In this document: positions 39,522 to 52,490 of the stretch, piece after piece
How the letters are laid out: each line of letters opens with the position of its first letter
Position numbering within the stretch: position 1 is the first letter of the stretch
From: Eledone cirrhosa
Taxonomy: Eukaryota
Length of the DNA stretch: 64,000 nt
Assembly: GCA_964016885.1 (NCBI GenBank)
Contig: OZ024743.1
Coordinates: forward strand, 184,202,001 to 184,266,000
Direction of reading: 5' to 3'
Translations under genes and position numbers: made by a program
Notes under the pieces: generated by a model
Seen by the model: only the letters and a program-made list of their open reading frames with translations
What the model was told of the DNA's origin: nothing
The model's database searches: none

Positions 39522-40094
39522 ACATGATGATGGCTGCCCCCTCGTTATCGAGTATGGCCATTGCACGATACACCATTATTAATAATTATTAATTAATTCT
39601 ATCGTGCAATGCCTGTGCGTGAAGATATTTTTTAAAGTGAGGAAAGACTGTGCACTGAGCCAATCCCACTCTCTGAGCGACAGTAGCTATAACCCGAAAA
39701 GAAGAAAAGATCAACATCATCGGTAACTACTGAGCCGCAGGTTTTATATCGGAGTTACCTTTTCCTAGAAGAATGCCCTGACAAAAGCTAGGGTCCTTCA
39801 CTCCCAGTGGTTTAACCGCGCGATCGGGTGTCCAGCCTGACTATTTCTATGTCCCTGCGCATATACATACATAGGTACATGTGTATATACATATTTACAC
39901 ACTTTTGGATGGCCGTTGACTCTTGAGTTCTTCCGCCCTTTGTCAGGTTTTGTTTTTTGTCCTGCGGAGTGTCCAAAATCACCCTCCTCACCAAGTAAAC
40001 TTGGTGGGGTTGCCGGTTTAGTCGTCGACGATCCGACCATGCGACAGGTTGTACTGGGTTACATGTTACCAGTAGCACTCAAGAGTGACCCGAC
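39522..40094 (-). mobile_element. Diverged non-autonomous RTE derivative related to 17910-18518
   Basis: Shares caccctcctcaccaag.aa.cttggtggggttgcc.gtttagtcg and the 3' tggctgcc..ctcgtt.tcgagta.ggcca end; (TACA)n flanks. Confidence 0.8.
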
Positions 40095-40133
40095 ATAACA
40101 TACATACATACATACATACATACATACATACAT

Positions 40134-40182
<49 letters not shown>

Positions 40183-40199
40183 TACATACATACATACAT

Positions 40200-40272
<73 letters not shown>

Positions 40273-40370
40273 TACATACATACATACATACATACACACA
40301 TACATACATACATACATACATACATACATACATACATACATACATACATACATACATACATACATACATA

Positions 40371-43300
40371 AAGGAATATACTAAGTAACGGTTCTTTTTG
40401 TTCTCGATTCAAACAATTCAAGAACAACGTTTAAAACACAGTTGTAGAATTAAAAACTAACTGAAAAGAAATATTACTCAAGCTGTGAATAACTTTAAAT
40501 TTGATTCTGACAGAACTTTGTCGTAACTTTTAAAGAAGATCATCGACTATTTTGAAAAATAAATACGAAATATTAGTGAATAGACGAACTCATCATGGCA
40601 AAAAGTACAAGTCTCCTTCGACCAAATCGCAACTACAACCGTTGTACACAATGGAGCTACGAGCTTAACAAAGTATTATATGAAGCATACAAACAATCTG
40701 AACCCCAAAAGTTCGGTTTTATGCAAAGGCTAAAAACTTTATGGAACTCCAAACACCCAGAATTAGACTTTTCTCCAAAGCATCTAAATGAACAGGCAAA
40801 ACGTATCATTAGATGTAAATTGATACATCTAACGGAATTGAGTGATACTACAAATACAGCCCTTGTAGACAACCACCCCACCTCCACTGACAGACAAAGA
40901 GAATGGCCAGCTAAATCTAACAGTGAACAGCTCACCAACAATTTTGCTGAAATCCATCCCACTTCCACTGAAGAACAGCGAGAAAGGTCAGCTGACTCTA
41001 GTAGTAATTGTCACCACATCAACAACGAGGCGGAAATTCATGACTCTACTGAACAAACAGAGCACCAAAAACTTGTGGGCACCCTACAAGTGATATGGAA
41101 CGATATGTTTCAAGAGATACACAGCCTTAATGTGAGTGACAGACCATACAACACTAGAGTCAGTAAAGAACCCACTAAATTGGAATTGGAAGCGGTGAAC
41201 GAAATAGCTGGCAATTATCTGAAGGCTATACGATCTAAAGGTGTAGAAACGACATTTGAAACGCTTAATGTTTTGTTATGTTTCAGCTGTCACATTGCTA
41301 TCATATAACACACATCTAAAACCACGCAATCAAGATACAAACAGAAAGCCTGAACCAGCGTGGATGCGAAATTTAAAAACCAAAATTTTGTCCCTGAGAC
41401 GAAGTATCTCACACATCGCAGTCGTTATGAAATGCAATATAGAGAGCAACTTCACACGACACCAGGAAGACCTAAAGAAAAAGTTAGAGAGACGATTTGG
41501 AGATACAAAATTTAAAACTTTGAACTCCAAATTACACCAGTTGAAACAACAACTCACAGCTACAACAGAAAGACTAAAATATAAGTCAACAGCACATAAA
41601 CGACAAGTGTTAAATAGATTGTTTGCCAGAGATCCTGAATCAGTTTATCGCAGCTTAGGTGGCAAAAGCTCAAATCCCTGTAAACGACACCCCTTCAAAA
41701 GAACAGGTTGAGAGCTACTGGAGATCTGTATGGGAAACGAATGACGGATTCAACAGACAAGCTAATTGGCTAAAAGAACTGGAACAGGACTACTGCCAAC
41801 ATGTCCAGACAAAACAATATGACATAGATGGGTCAATACTGGAAACAGCTCTACAGAAAATGTCGAATAGGAAATCGCCAGGCCCAGACCTCATTACAGG
41901 ATACTGGTTGAAGAATTTCACTTTCTATCGGCAAGATCTCATACGGCTGTTTACAGGAACCATTAAGGGCACACAAGAACTGCCCAGATGGTTATCAACT
42001 GCCACTACTCTCCTCATTCCCCATAATAGCCAAACCACCCTTGCTAAAAATTACCGCCCAATTGCCTGCCAAAACATCATGTATAAATTATATACTGGGT
42101 GCCTTAACCTGTTCTTACAGGATCACTGTGCTACCAACAACATCATAACACCTGAGCAAGCTGGTGGAAAGAGGGAGGTTTGGGGTTGCATAGATCACCT
42201 ACTAACTAACAAAATGATTCAGGAAAAAAACAACAAAGAATCGCAGAAACATGACTGTCGTGTGGCTGGACTATCAAAAAGCATTTGATAGTGTACTTCA
42301 TGGGTGGATTATTAAGGCTTTACAGTTAGCTAAAGTACCACAACCATTGGTAGCTGCTGTTGAACGCCTGACCAAGAACTGGTACACCAATTTGATCCTT
42401 AGAGGTGAGAAGGAGCAGGTTAAGACTGATAAGATACATTACCAGAAGGGCATCTTTCAGGGTGATAGCTTGTCAGTGCTACTCTTCGTTCTCTCACTGA
42501 ATCCACTATCTTACCTACTCAGGAAACAAGGTGGACAAAGAAGTGGGCCCAGAAGTATCTCCCATCTTTTCTTTGTTGATGACCTGAAGTTGTATGGGCC
42601 AAATATCAATGACATCAAGAAACAATTGGACCTCATTACACAATTTTCAACCGACATCAAAATGAAATTTGGTGAGTCCAAGTGTGCATAATTGGCAGTA
42701 AAACGTGGAAGAGCTGTGCCCTCCTCTAGAAATCTAGAGATGAACGGCCTGACAATACAACCTCTGCAGTCAGGTGACAACTACAGATATCTTGGACAGG
42801 ATGAGAATGTCAGATATGATGGACCCATAAATAAGGAGAGAACCAGAACTGAATACCTCAGAAGAGTAAAGAAAATATGGTCATCAGAGCTGTCAGCATA
42901 CAACAAATACATTGCCCACAATACGTATGCTGTGCCAATTCTGACGCCAACATTTGGCCTACTGAACTGGTCATTGCAAGAACTAAGTGAGATGGATGTT
43001 AGAACTCGAAAACTTCTCAGTGTTACTGGGAACTTTAACATCAATGGTGATGTGGATAGGCTATACTTCTCACGCAAGGAAGGTGGCCGGGGTCTAAAAT
43101 CAATATTAACAACATATGAGACCCGGATAGTAACACTGAAGCAACACCTTCAACAGAGGAAAAAGGTTGGCAACCATCTTGCCCAGGTTTATGAGCATGA
43201 AAAAAGAAATATCATTAGAATAGCGACTGATCTGGAGGAGAGATATGGAATAAAGCCTGATATAAATCTCTCACCCATAGAAATCGGAAGATCCTATTCA

Positions 43301-44188
43301 ATGTTCAAACAAGATAAAAAAATTAACCAATTTACAGAAAAAGTTGTGCATGGATACTTGAGGCGTAAAACACAGACCATAGAGGGGATAAACCACTCAA
43401 AAAGCCTGGCATGGAGTTCCGACAAGTTTATGACATCACACCTTCAGAGATATCTCTATGCAATACAGGAACAAGAACTCCCTACCAAATATCTGCTGCA
43501 CAAAAGAGGAGGGCCAGCAGCTGACAATAAATGTAGGCTATGTAAAACAAAGATCGAGGATGTAAGCCACATTGTTGCCAGCTGCGAAAGAATGTCATCT
43601 CGCTACTACCTCCCCATGAGACACGATGGGATAGCTAGAACCATCTGGAACGCACTTCGGAAAACAAAATTAACAACAAACGAGGAAGAATATATTGAGA
43701 CAGATGGCACTAAGGAATACTGGTGGAACCTGAAAATAAAAACTGCCACCAAATTAAAGCACAACCGGCCTGATATTGTAGTTTGGGACCACACATTGAA
43801 AACGTGTTCTGTTGTGGAGATCAGCTGCCCACTTGATGTAAACGTTGTCAGAAAAATACAAGAGAAGGAGGACATCTACGGACCATTGATGAGGAGTTTA
43901 CAAATCCAGTATCCAAGATACACCTTTAGCTTCATACCCATCATTATTGGAGCTACGGGTTATATACCAACCCGCTTGGACCAAAGTATGACTGAACTTG
44001 GATTTGCGGACAAAAAACGCAGCTCCCTAATTCATAGTCTACAAATGGCTGCCATAGCTAGCATACCTTCAAAATTTTTCAAAACATTCTTGCGATTCAA
44101 GGGATGACAATTTCTTTTCGTTTACAACCTTGCCACCAGGAAGGTGGCCGGTCAAAAAAATATACTCGAAATTAAGAGAAAGAGAAAA
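40371..44188 (+). mobile_element. Near-full-length R4/Dong-type non-LTR retrotransposon (RT + CCHC + RLE), with frameshifts and one stop
   Basis: KSPGPD, NYRPIAC, LDYQKAFDSV, GIFQGDSLS, HLFFVDDLKLY, YRYLG, CRLC..HIVASC, RHD, RPDIVVWD..VEISCP; inserted in (TACA)n. Confidence 0.93.
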
Positions 44189-44329
44189 CATACATACATG
44201 CATGCATAAATTTTAATTAATTGGAATCTATATACTAGAAATATGTAAATGTATATACACATCACGCAGTCTCCGTTTCTTCCATTTTATATATATACAG
44301 ATATAACTTTATCATAAAGCCAAAGAAAC

Positions 44330-46500
44330 CCACAAAGTTGGCAGGTCCTGAGCGACCTACGGGATAAAGTGGGAACTGTTGGTGGATAAGGAAGTCAGAA
44401 CCAGGTATGTAGATACTATTGCATCCAAATTCAGAGAACTCCCTGAGTAAACTGAGGACGTTGAGACTGAGTGGAGATTGTTCAGCGCAGCAGTTTCTGC
44501 TTTACTTGTTAAATGCTGCGAGCGAAAGAGGCTTTGTGTGGCGCCGGATGACAGGAAGACCCCATGGTTCAATCAAGAAGTCAAAGAATCGATCCGAACA
44601 AAGCAGGAGGCTGACAAAGCTTGTCTTGGAAATAAGTCCTCCTTCTTGCACTTCCGGTACAGGCAAGCACGAAGAATCGCAGTAGAGACAGTAAAGGCGT
44701 CCAAAGTTAAGACATGGGAGGACTTTAGGGTTAAGCTGGCATCCGACTTCAGATCAGAAAATAAAGTGTCCTGGCAGACCATCCGCCGACTTCGGAATAA
44801 GAAGTCCTCCTCTACACCTGCTGTCAAGAACGCTCCTGGGGTTCTCCTCTCTCCAGAGAGGTGCATCCTCGCCAGGTGGCGAGAGTACTTTGCTGATCTC
44901 CTAAACCCGATTACAACAGCATCTTCGTATGTACTCGAGGTGCATCTGGGAGCAGTGACTAATCTCTCAGAGGCTGAGGTCGCAAGATCAGCTAAAGAGC
45001 TCAAATGCGACAATGTGGCTCGGGAAGATGAAATCAGGCCCGAGATGTTAAAAGCATTAAATAGAGAAGGTATTCTCTGGCTGACTCATGTGTCCCGGGT
45101 GGCCTGGATCTCTGGAAAAGCATCTAAGCAATGGCAATCGGGAGTGATAATCTCAATTTTCAAAAAGGGAGACAAGAGAGATTGTTCCAATTACAGAGGG
45201 ATATCCTTGTTAAGCCTCCCCGTTAAAGTCTATGCTAAGTGTCTGGCAAAAAGATGCAAGAAGATTGTCGAGTTCAAGCTGAACAGTGTGGTTTTCTCCC
45301 CGGACGCAGCACAACCGACCAAAATATTCACACTGCGGCAGGTATTCGAGAAATCGTGGGAGTATTGCCAAGAAGTATATTCTTGTTTTGTCGACCTTGA
45401 GAAGGTACATGACCGCGTTCCTTGAACCTGCTGTGCAGGAGTATGGGATTGATGGTCAGCTTCTTGCTGCCCTGATGTCTCTATACGAATGCCTGAGTAT
45501 TTGTGTTCAGATAAATGGTGCTAAATCGAAACCATTCACTGTGGGAGTCGGACTCCGCCAAGGTGCGTACTGTCACTTCTCCTGTTCATTATTTACATGT
45601 GTGGATTGGCAGTATCGGTAGAGGGTCGGACGCCATGTTTTCCAGCATAGTTACGTCCCTTTACGATCTGAGTTCAAATCCCGCCGAGGTTGACTTTGCC
45701 TTTCATCCTTACGGGGTCGATAAAATAAAGTACCAGTAATGCACTCGGTAATTGCTGGCCTTGTGCCTAAAGTAGAAACAATTATTTACATGAACAGGAT
45801 TGACATGCACAGCCGGGTTGGAAGTGGTATCATGACTGGCGGGTGTAAAATTAGTCAACTGGAATTTGCAGACAACATGGTATTACTTAACCCATCAGAA
45901 GGTGATCTCCGACTTCCACTTGATAGGTGTGGTGTAGAGTACTGCATGGCTGGAATGAAAATCAGTGCTTCGAAAACCGAGACATTCAGACTCTCAAAGA
46001 AACCTGCGCAGTGCGCTCTACATGTGAATGGAGTTCCACTGAAGCAGGTAGAGAAGTTCAAGTATCTCGAGGCCGTGTTCACGAGTGATTGAAAGCAGGG
46101 AGCTGAATTAAATGCAAGAATTGCAAAAGCTGGTGCAGTAATACGCTAGCTTCAGCATTCAATAATCAGAAGAAGGGAGGTAGGCGTGAAAGCTAAAATC
46201 TTCAGTTTGGTATTCATGCCAACCCTTAACTATGGTCATGAATGTTGGTTAGTGACCGAAAGAATACGATCGCGAATACATGTGGCCGAAATGGAGTTCC
46301 CCAGAAGGGTCTTTGGAGTAATATTATTTGATAAAGTGCGAAGCGCGGAAATCAGGAGTATCACTCCAGGTAGAGCCGCTACTTCTCCGAATTGAGAGAT
46401 CACAGCTCCGATACTATGAGCATATGGCTCGAATGTCTCAGGAAAGAATCGCTTGAGAGATTTTACGGGCAAAAACAACCGGCCAGAGACCCGGGGATAT
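44330..46500 (+). mobile_element. Decayed RTE (Rex3/Expander-like) LINE interrupted by a SINE
   Basis: KTPWFNQEV, FKKGDKRDCSNYRGISLLS, FVDLEK, GLRQG, FADNMVLL, EKFKYL. Confidence 0.85.
45599..45780 (+). mobile_element. Young Nin-type SINE with 12-bp TSD ATTATTTACATG
   Basis: Near-identical to the 11555 SINE; TSD on both sides. Confidence 0.9.
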
Positions 46501-47475
46501 ACCTCGAGGAAGAACAAGAACACCAACGACAACGACAACTCCAACGACGACGACGACGACAACAAGATTTTATATATTTCGGCTGTTTAGCACGCAAATT
46601 ATACATATTAATTAACTACCAACATAGGTATTAATACTATGCAAATTACTACTTCCATTTCAGGATGCAATGGTGTATTTCCTTGTTCTTGTTTAGACGA
46701 CTTGATGAAAGCCCAATTAAGCTTGAAAACCGGCTAAAGGTATTTATCATTTTTGTCAATTTACAAGGAAATACATATTTGGCATGTTTATATGTTTATA
46801 TACTAAAATGTGTACTTTTATAGAGACACTTACACAATCTCGGTTACTTCTATTCTGTATCTATGCAGATATAACTTTATCATATTCATACATTTGTACA
46901 TATTATCATCGATGCACTGATCTATGTAACGACAGATTTGAATAAAAGCCTGCGAAAGTCTAGGATTTTTCAAGAAAGAACAGATCAAACTAAACCATAT
47001 CTTCCAAATCCAATCCATTAGCGGTAAAATGAAGATTTAAAATGTTTTCCATTTGGGTTCCATGGAATTAACATATGCACACAACTACACGTGTACGTAT
47101 GTCAAACACACACAAAAAGTAACCACGAACATAATCACAAACAATCGTGGATTAGGGAGACATGTCAAGAAAATATACCTATATATATATGCACTATCTA
47201 GCTCATTCACTTATTTAAAATATCTTAACTCAAACAAAAAAAAATACATTGTCACTTTGTTAGTGGCCGACTTGAATTCTTCAAAGAAGTTAAATAAATC
47301 TCAAATAAACAATACATACATACATAAATACGTAAGTACGTACATATATACATACATGCATGTTGGTGTATACATACATACGTACGTACGTACATACATA
47401 CAAGCATATATACATGTTAGTGGTCGGCTTGAATTGTGCAAAGAAGTTAAATCCCAAAGAAAAACTAAACGCGCG

Positions 47476-47573
<98 letters not shown>

Positions 47574-47946
47574 TGACTACCTAGTTGTGGACGCAGCATA
47601 ACCAAATGTTTAAAAGTTCTCTTCCCAATCTTTTGATCCCGAGTTAGAACCCACTGAGTAGCATCTTGGGCAAGAGTCATTTATCATAGCCTTGGGTCAA
47701 ACGATTGGAAGCCTGTCGGATGGGCTGTGCCTACCTACAATTCCTTGTCCCTCTCTGTGTCAGGTTTAAGGGTACACACACCTTTAGAATATTCCACCAC
47801 TTACACGTTAATTCCATGAGCAGTCTATATCTTTTTCGTGTTGTCTAACTTCCCTAATGGTAAGAATTTAAAAAATAAAACCAGAACACACATACCAGTA
47901 AACATATTTAAATATATACATACATGCATATATACTAGTAAAGATA

Positions 47947-48262
47947 TGTAGCGGTTGTCTCCCTTGTTTTGATTAGGATCTAGACGGGAAGTGGAACCCT
48001 TTCTGCAACTTCCGGTCAGAGCCCTATAAAACTAACAACTTTAAGCTTCCTTTCTCTCATTGCCCTTCCGGCGCCCTGGCTTTAGCCAGGCGTCCTCTGC
48101 CAGCCGCGTTTGCCTGGCAATCAAAACGGTAACTACTAACTTTGTTTCATTCTAACATCTATCTTTGACATGTCAAGTATACTATCTACCGTTAATTAAA
48201 TATTATATACACAAACCATGTCTCGTTTTGTTACATTCATACAATCCAGTAATCTCGCTATA
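47947..48262 (+). mobile_element. Solo LTR (316 bp) with 4-bp TSD GATA
   Basis: Termini TGTAGCG...CGCTATA, GATA on both sides, internal TATAAAA and AATTAAA. Confidence 0.7.
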
Positions 48263-48670
48263 GATACTTAGATATATATATGCACGCATGTACTATACTG
48301 CTTAGAGCAGCCTCGAACCAAACAAAAATGTTTTGTCACTCGTTTGAGATCAGTTTACATGTTTCAAAATCATATTTTCATACATACAAATATATGCACA
48401 TATGTACACACACAAATATTGAAACACATTAATGTGTGTGTGTTTGTGTGTGCGTTATATAAGCATACACATAAAAACTTCATGTAATACATCCATAAAT
48501 TACAAACATGACGTTTATGCTTGTTTATGTTTTATAAATGTATTTACATTTGAACATAATTACCGGTGTGGGTTGAATATAGATATGAACAATGGTGCTC
48601 CAGCATGGCCACTCTCATTGGGGACAGTAACAAAGATAAAAGACATGAAAACATAAAATGTATGGTTTAC

Positions 48671-48716
48671 CTGAAAATATTGTCAGTATTATCCAACTCA
48701 GCATTTTGAAATTCAT
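48671..48716 (-). CDS. Mucin-like gene first coding exon: signal peptide MNFKMLSWIILTIFS
   Basis: ATG + 15 codons + G|GTAAAC donor (phase 1); splices in frame to exon 2, giving MNFKMLSWIILTIFSVEIICDLST. Confidence 0.72.
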
Positions 48717-49861
48717 TATGTTCTATTAATTCTTTTAACAAACAGAAGGATGATATCCAGTGTACCTCTTAAAAGACATTGAATTATCGAGTTGACTCGT
48801 CAATCTCTATATGTGCCACTACTCTCTTTAAAATATAAAATTTACACTTTTCTTATCTTCTTACATGTATTGAGTGCTTATTCATTTAATGTTTGACTGT
48901 TTAATTCCAATTCCAATGCTACTTTAAACCCCCTTCCTTATATATATATATACAAACCTTGAATTTGAAATGTTTGAATGTATAAATTCAGATTAATGTA
49001 TACATGTAAATATTATTTATGTGCATGTATATATGTTATTTGGTTTGTCGTTCTCGAAGTTTTTCAAAATGGCAATGATCTTGCCATCTCGACTGCGAAG
49101 ACTTAGATTGTGTTGGCAATACTAATTTTCCGAAGCAAATGATTGTTATTGTCTATGTGGACTGAATCATTGTGTCATCGATATGTTTCGTTATGAAGGA
49201 ATCTGAATGTTATATGTATATGTGTATGCGTATTTATTTTTATGTGTGTATGTGTGGTATGTATTATCTTTTACACATTAAATAGTTACCGCTTGGATAT
49301 TTATTGATGGAGATGTCGAAATATTGATGGCTTATATAAAATACTTCTCATATTTGTACGTGGGTGCTTCTATGTACGTATGTGTTTTTATTCGTGTAGG
49401 CGTATTTTTATAGTATGAACGTTATTTGCATAATATGAGTCTTTGTATTCATGTCTGCATTTATGTTTGTGCGTGCTTATAATCTTGAAATGCTTCACCA
49501 AGTTATAAAGATAGTTGCTTTGTTTTGTTTTTCATCGTTTAATCTATACACATACACAAACATTAACTGAGGTAATATATATATACACACACACATTACC
49601 TCCGTTAATGTTTTTCAATATTTTATCAGTCTGAATTTTATAGTTTGAACAAGGATCCTTTCAACGATGTCAGAGCTATTTAACAATTTGTTGTGCTCTG
49701 GTTGTCGTTGTTGTTGTTGTTGTTTTGTTTGTTTTCTTTTTTCATTAGTTCATCAGTTAACTGTCACCAATGTTCAGAGATGCAACAGTTATCGTTTTCT
49801 TTAACCGGGCGGGTCCGTAACACTAAATAGGCTTTACCGCTGGCGTTGGTGATATGCTTAA

Positions 49862-50096
49862 TATGGTGGTGGTGGTGATGGTGATGATGATGATGAATTA
49901 TGGTGTTGATAGTGATGATGATGGTGGTGGTAGTGACGATGATGAATGGTGGTGGTGGCAGTGACGATGATGAATTATAGAGTTGATAGGGATAATGATG
50001 GTGGTAGTGACGATGATGAACCATGGTGTTGATAGTGATGATGATGATGGTAGTGGTGGTGATGGCGGCAACGGTACTGGTAGCGATGGTGGTGGC
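49862..50096. repeat. (GAT/GGT)n low-complexity tract with internal duplication
   Basis: Direct inspection. Confidence 0.8.
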
Positions 50097-50475
50097 CTTG
50101 CTGCAATAAATTGTACCCATTCACCAATTCGTCCCAAAGTGTTGTTGGTAGAATGTTTTTAATTAAAAGAACACAAAAACTAAAAGAATCACAGCCCGCC
50201 CCATTCCCCAGCTCGCTATAGGCACAGTCTAGCCCCACTCCATGAACATCTAGGGACCCTCTACATCCTCAGAGCCCTACCTCCTACTTACTTCCGCAAT
50301 CAATTATGAACAGGAATCGATCATACGTGACATGACAAATGCATTATTATTGGAGCCTTCAACTATTAGCCATTTTAATTCTTTTTTTAGTCTCATCTTT
50401 CTCTCCCCCCCCCCTTCTCAATATTTTCTCCCTCTGTCACACACACACACATTCTCTCACTATATATATATATAA

Positions 50476-51686
50476 TAGAAGCGGGCTCCTATGGTGAGGA
50501 GATCCATCTGCTGTCAACACCCTTCGAAAGGAGGGCTGGGGATGCCGTGGCTAATGATACGTAAACACGCATTAAGGCTACGGCACCTTCAGGTATTCCT
50601 CTCCGGTCAACCGGTGTGGGCCCCGTTTGTGAGGCGAGCCTTTCCCAGACTCGTCTCACTCACCGAGCTGCAATCCTGGGTTAAGCAAAGACCGAGAAAA
50701 CTGGGCGCCTGGCACACCGAGTGTTCCCAGGCACTCACGGCTCTCTGGCAGGCGGACCCGGCTGTCAGTGGAGAATCCACCTCGTCATTCTATAGAGGGC
50801 TGGTAGTTAGCAGGTGCGACGACGCCCTCGGAGAAGCCCTAGGCATGGAGGAAGACGAACTGGCCAACCTGTTCGGTAGGACATTCAGCCCGGGACCCAT
50901 GGATAACTTCCAGAGGTCCCTGGCCTGGCAATGCTACAGAAGGGCTCTGCCCGTTCGAGAAAGGCTCTACAGACACGGGCGCCCGGGTAGGGACCCATCG
51001 AAAAAGATCTGTCCCAGATGCGTGTGCGACGAGGAAACCGTTGCACACGCATTGGTACACTGCTCGGGCATTGCCGATCTGTGGGGTTATGTCGAACAAC
51101 TGCTGTCAAGGGTGGGACCAATCCGATTGACCACCGAGTCTATTGTAACGATCAAGCCGCCTCCCCTCTTCAAAAACGAAGGAGAGGCGGTGTTTCTGTG
51201 CGTAATAGCCATGGCGAAAGAGGTTGTATGGTGGACGCGTCTGAAAGGACTGAGGTCAGACACCTTTCTCTCTGGCCAACAACTGGTCCGTTTCTTCCGA
51301 TATCATTTCGGAAGAAGGATCAGGATGGAGAGAGAGGTGCTGCACCCCAGCCGTTTCTATGAAAGATGGGTGAAAGTGGCGAGAATGGCCCGTGTGAATG
51401 GGCCTTCACTCTACATCAGACTATAGGTGAGGAAGATGAAAGACCAAGGGAGCACCCCTTCTCTGTGCTCCTGAGGAGAAGGGTTGCACACTTTTTTCGG
51501 GGGTGTGTGCGACCCCCCAAGGCGCCTCCTCTCTATTGAGGACTTTGTTATAAATTTTATTTTTTGTTATATTTTATTTTATTTTTATATATTGTTATTG
51601 CCTCCTCCTTATTGAGGACGCCTTGTTTTGTAAACTCCCCCCATTGTACTTGTCCCACTTTTGATGCCCTGGTGGCAAATAAAAGA

Positions 51687-51690
<4 letters not shown>
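50476..51690 (+). mobile_element. 5'-truncated L1/Tx1-clade LINE (post-RT region + CCHC zinc finger) inserted in (TA)n
   Basis: HPSKGGLGMP, LAWQCYRRALPVRERL, CPRC..EETVAHALVHC; 3' AATAAAAGAAAC then (TA)n. Confidence 0.85.
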
Positions 51691-51722
<32 letters not shown>

Positions 51723-52079
51723 GTTCCAAACTGCAGTCTGCAACTACTACACGGCTCCAACAGCCCAGAGTCAGCACCTAGAAAACCGCAAGTCTGCCCA
51801 GTTAGCCAACTTGCTTAGAACGGAAGAAATAGACACACCAGGCTTGTGTAATGTTCTTTGCACGCTGGGTTCACGCCGACAATTCACATCGCCAATTTTA
51901 GACCGACTGCTCTCCCTGCCTGCCATCCTCATATCAAAACCCCGTGCATTATGCTTCAAATTAGTCACGTGATCCATTGTTCGCTTTTCCTCGCTTTCTT
52001 TTGTAGATCTGAGGAGGAGTGTTTCGAATTCGAGCGATACCATTTGCAATTAATGATTGATTTTACAATTTATATATAT

Positions 52080-52158
<79 letters not shown>

Positions 52159-52337
52159 GGAGGGGGAGATAGAGAAAAGGTAAAGTCAGAAATAGCACGG
52201 AAAATATATTTTAGGGTCTGTTTTTCTTTTGTTTTTTCCTTTCTTTGATTCGTCAAAGTGACATTATTGAAAAGATGACATTATTGAAAAAATGAGAGGG
52301 ACAATTCTTTTTAAAAAGAGTTTTATAATGTATATAA

Positions 52338-52385
52338 AGTATTACCGGTTTCGGAGTATTATTAAAATTCACCTTATCAAATATT
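52338..52385 (-). ncRNA. Minimal hammerhead, U3-A8 variant, in inverted pLTR
   Basis: Minus strand aatat-TTGATAA-GGTG...CTCC-GAAA-CCGG-TA-atact. Confidence 0.6.
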
Positions 52386-52490
52386 GAGTAATACAATTAA
52401 AAATATTGAGTAATACAATTAAAAATATTGAATAATACAATTAAAAATATTGAGTAATACAATTAAAAATATTGAGTAATACAATTAAAA
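52381..52490. repeat. 22-bp tandem repeat x5
   Basis: atattgagtaatacaattaaaa; single copy in the other pLTR. Confidence 0.9.

Noticed and set aside
46690-46745. Hammerhead-like TTGATGAAAGC...GCTTGAAAACCGGC
   Set aside because: Uncompensated U3-G8, no clear UH or stem I; at most a dead remnant.
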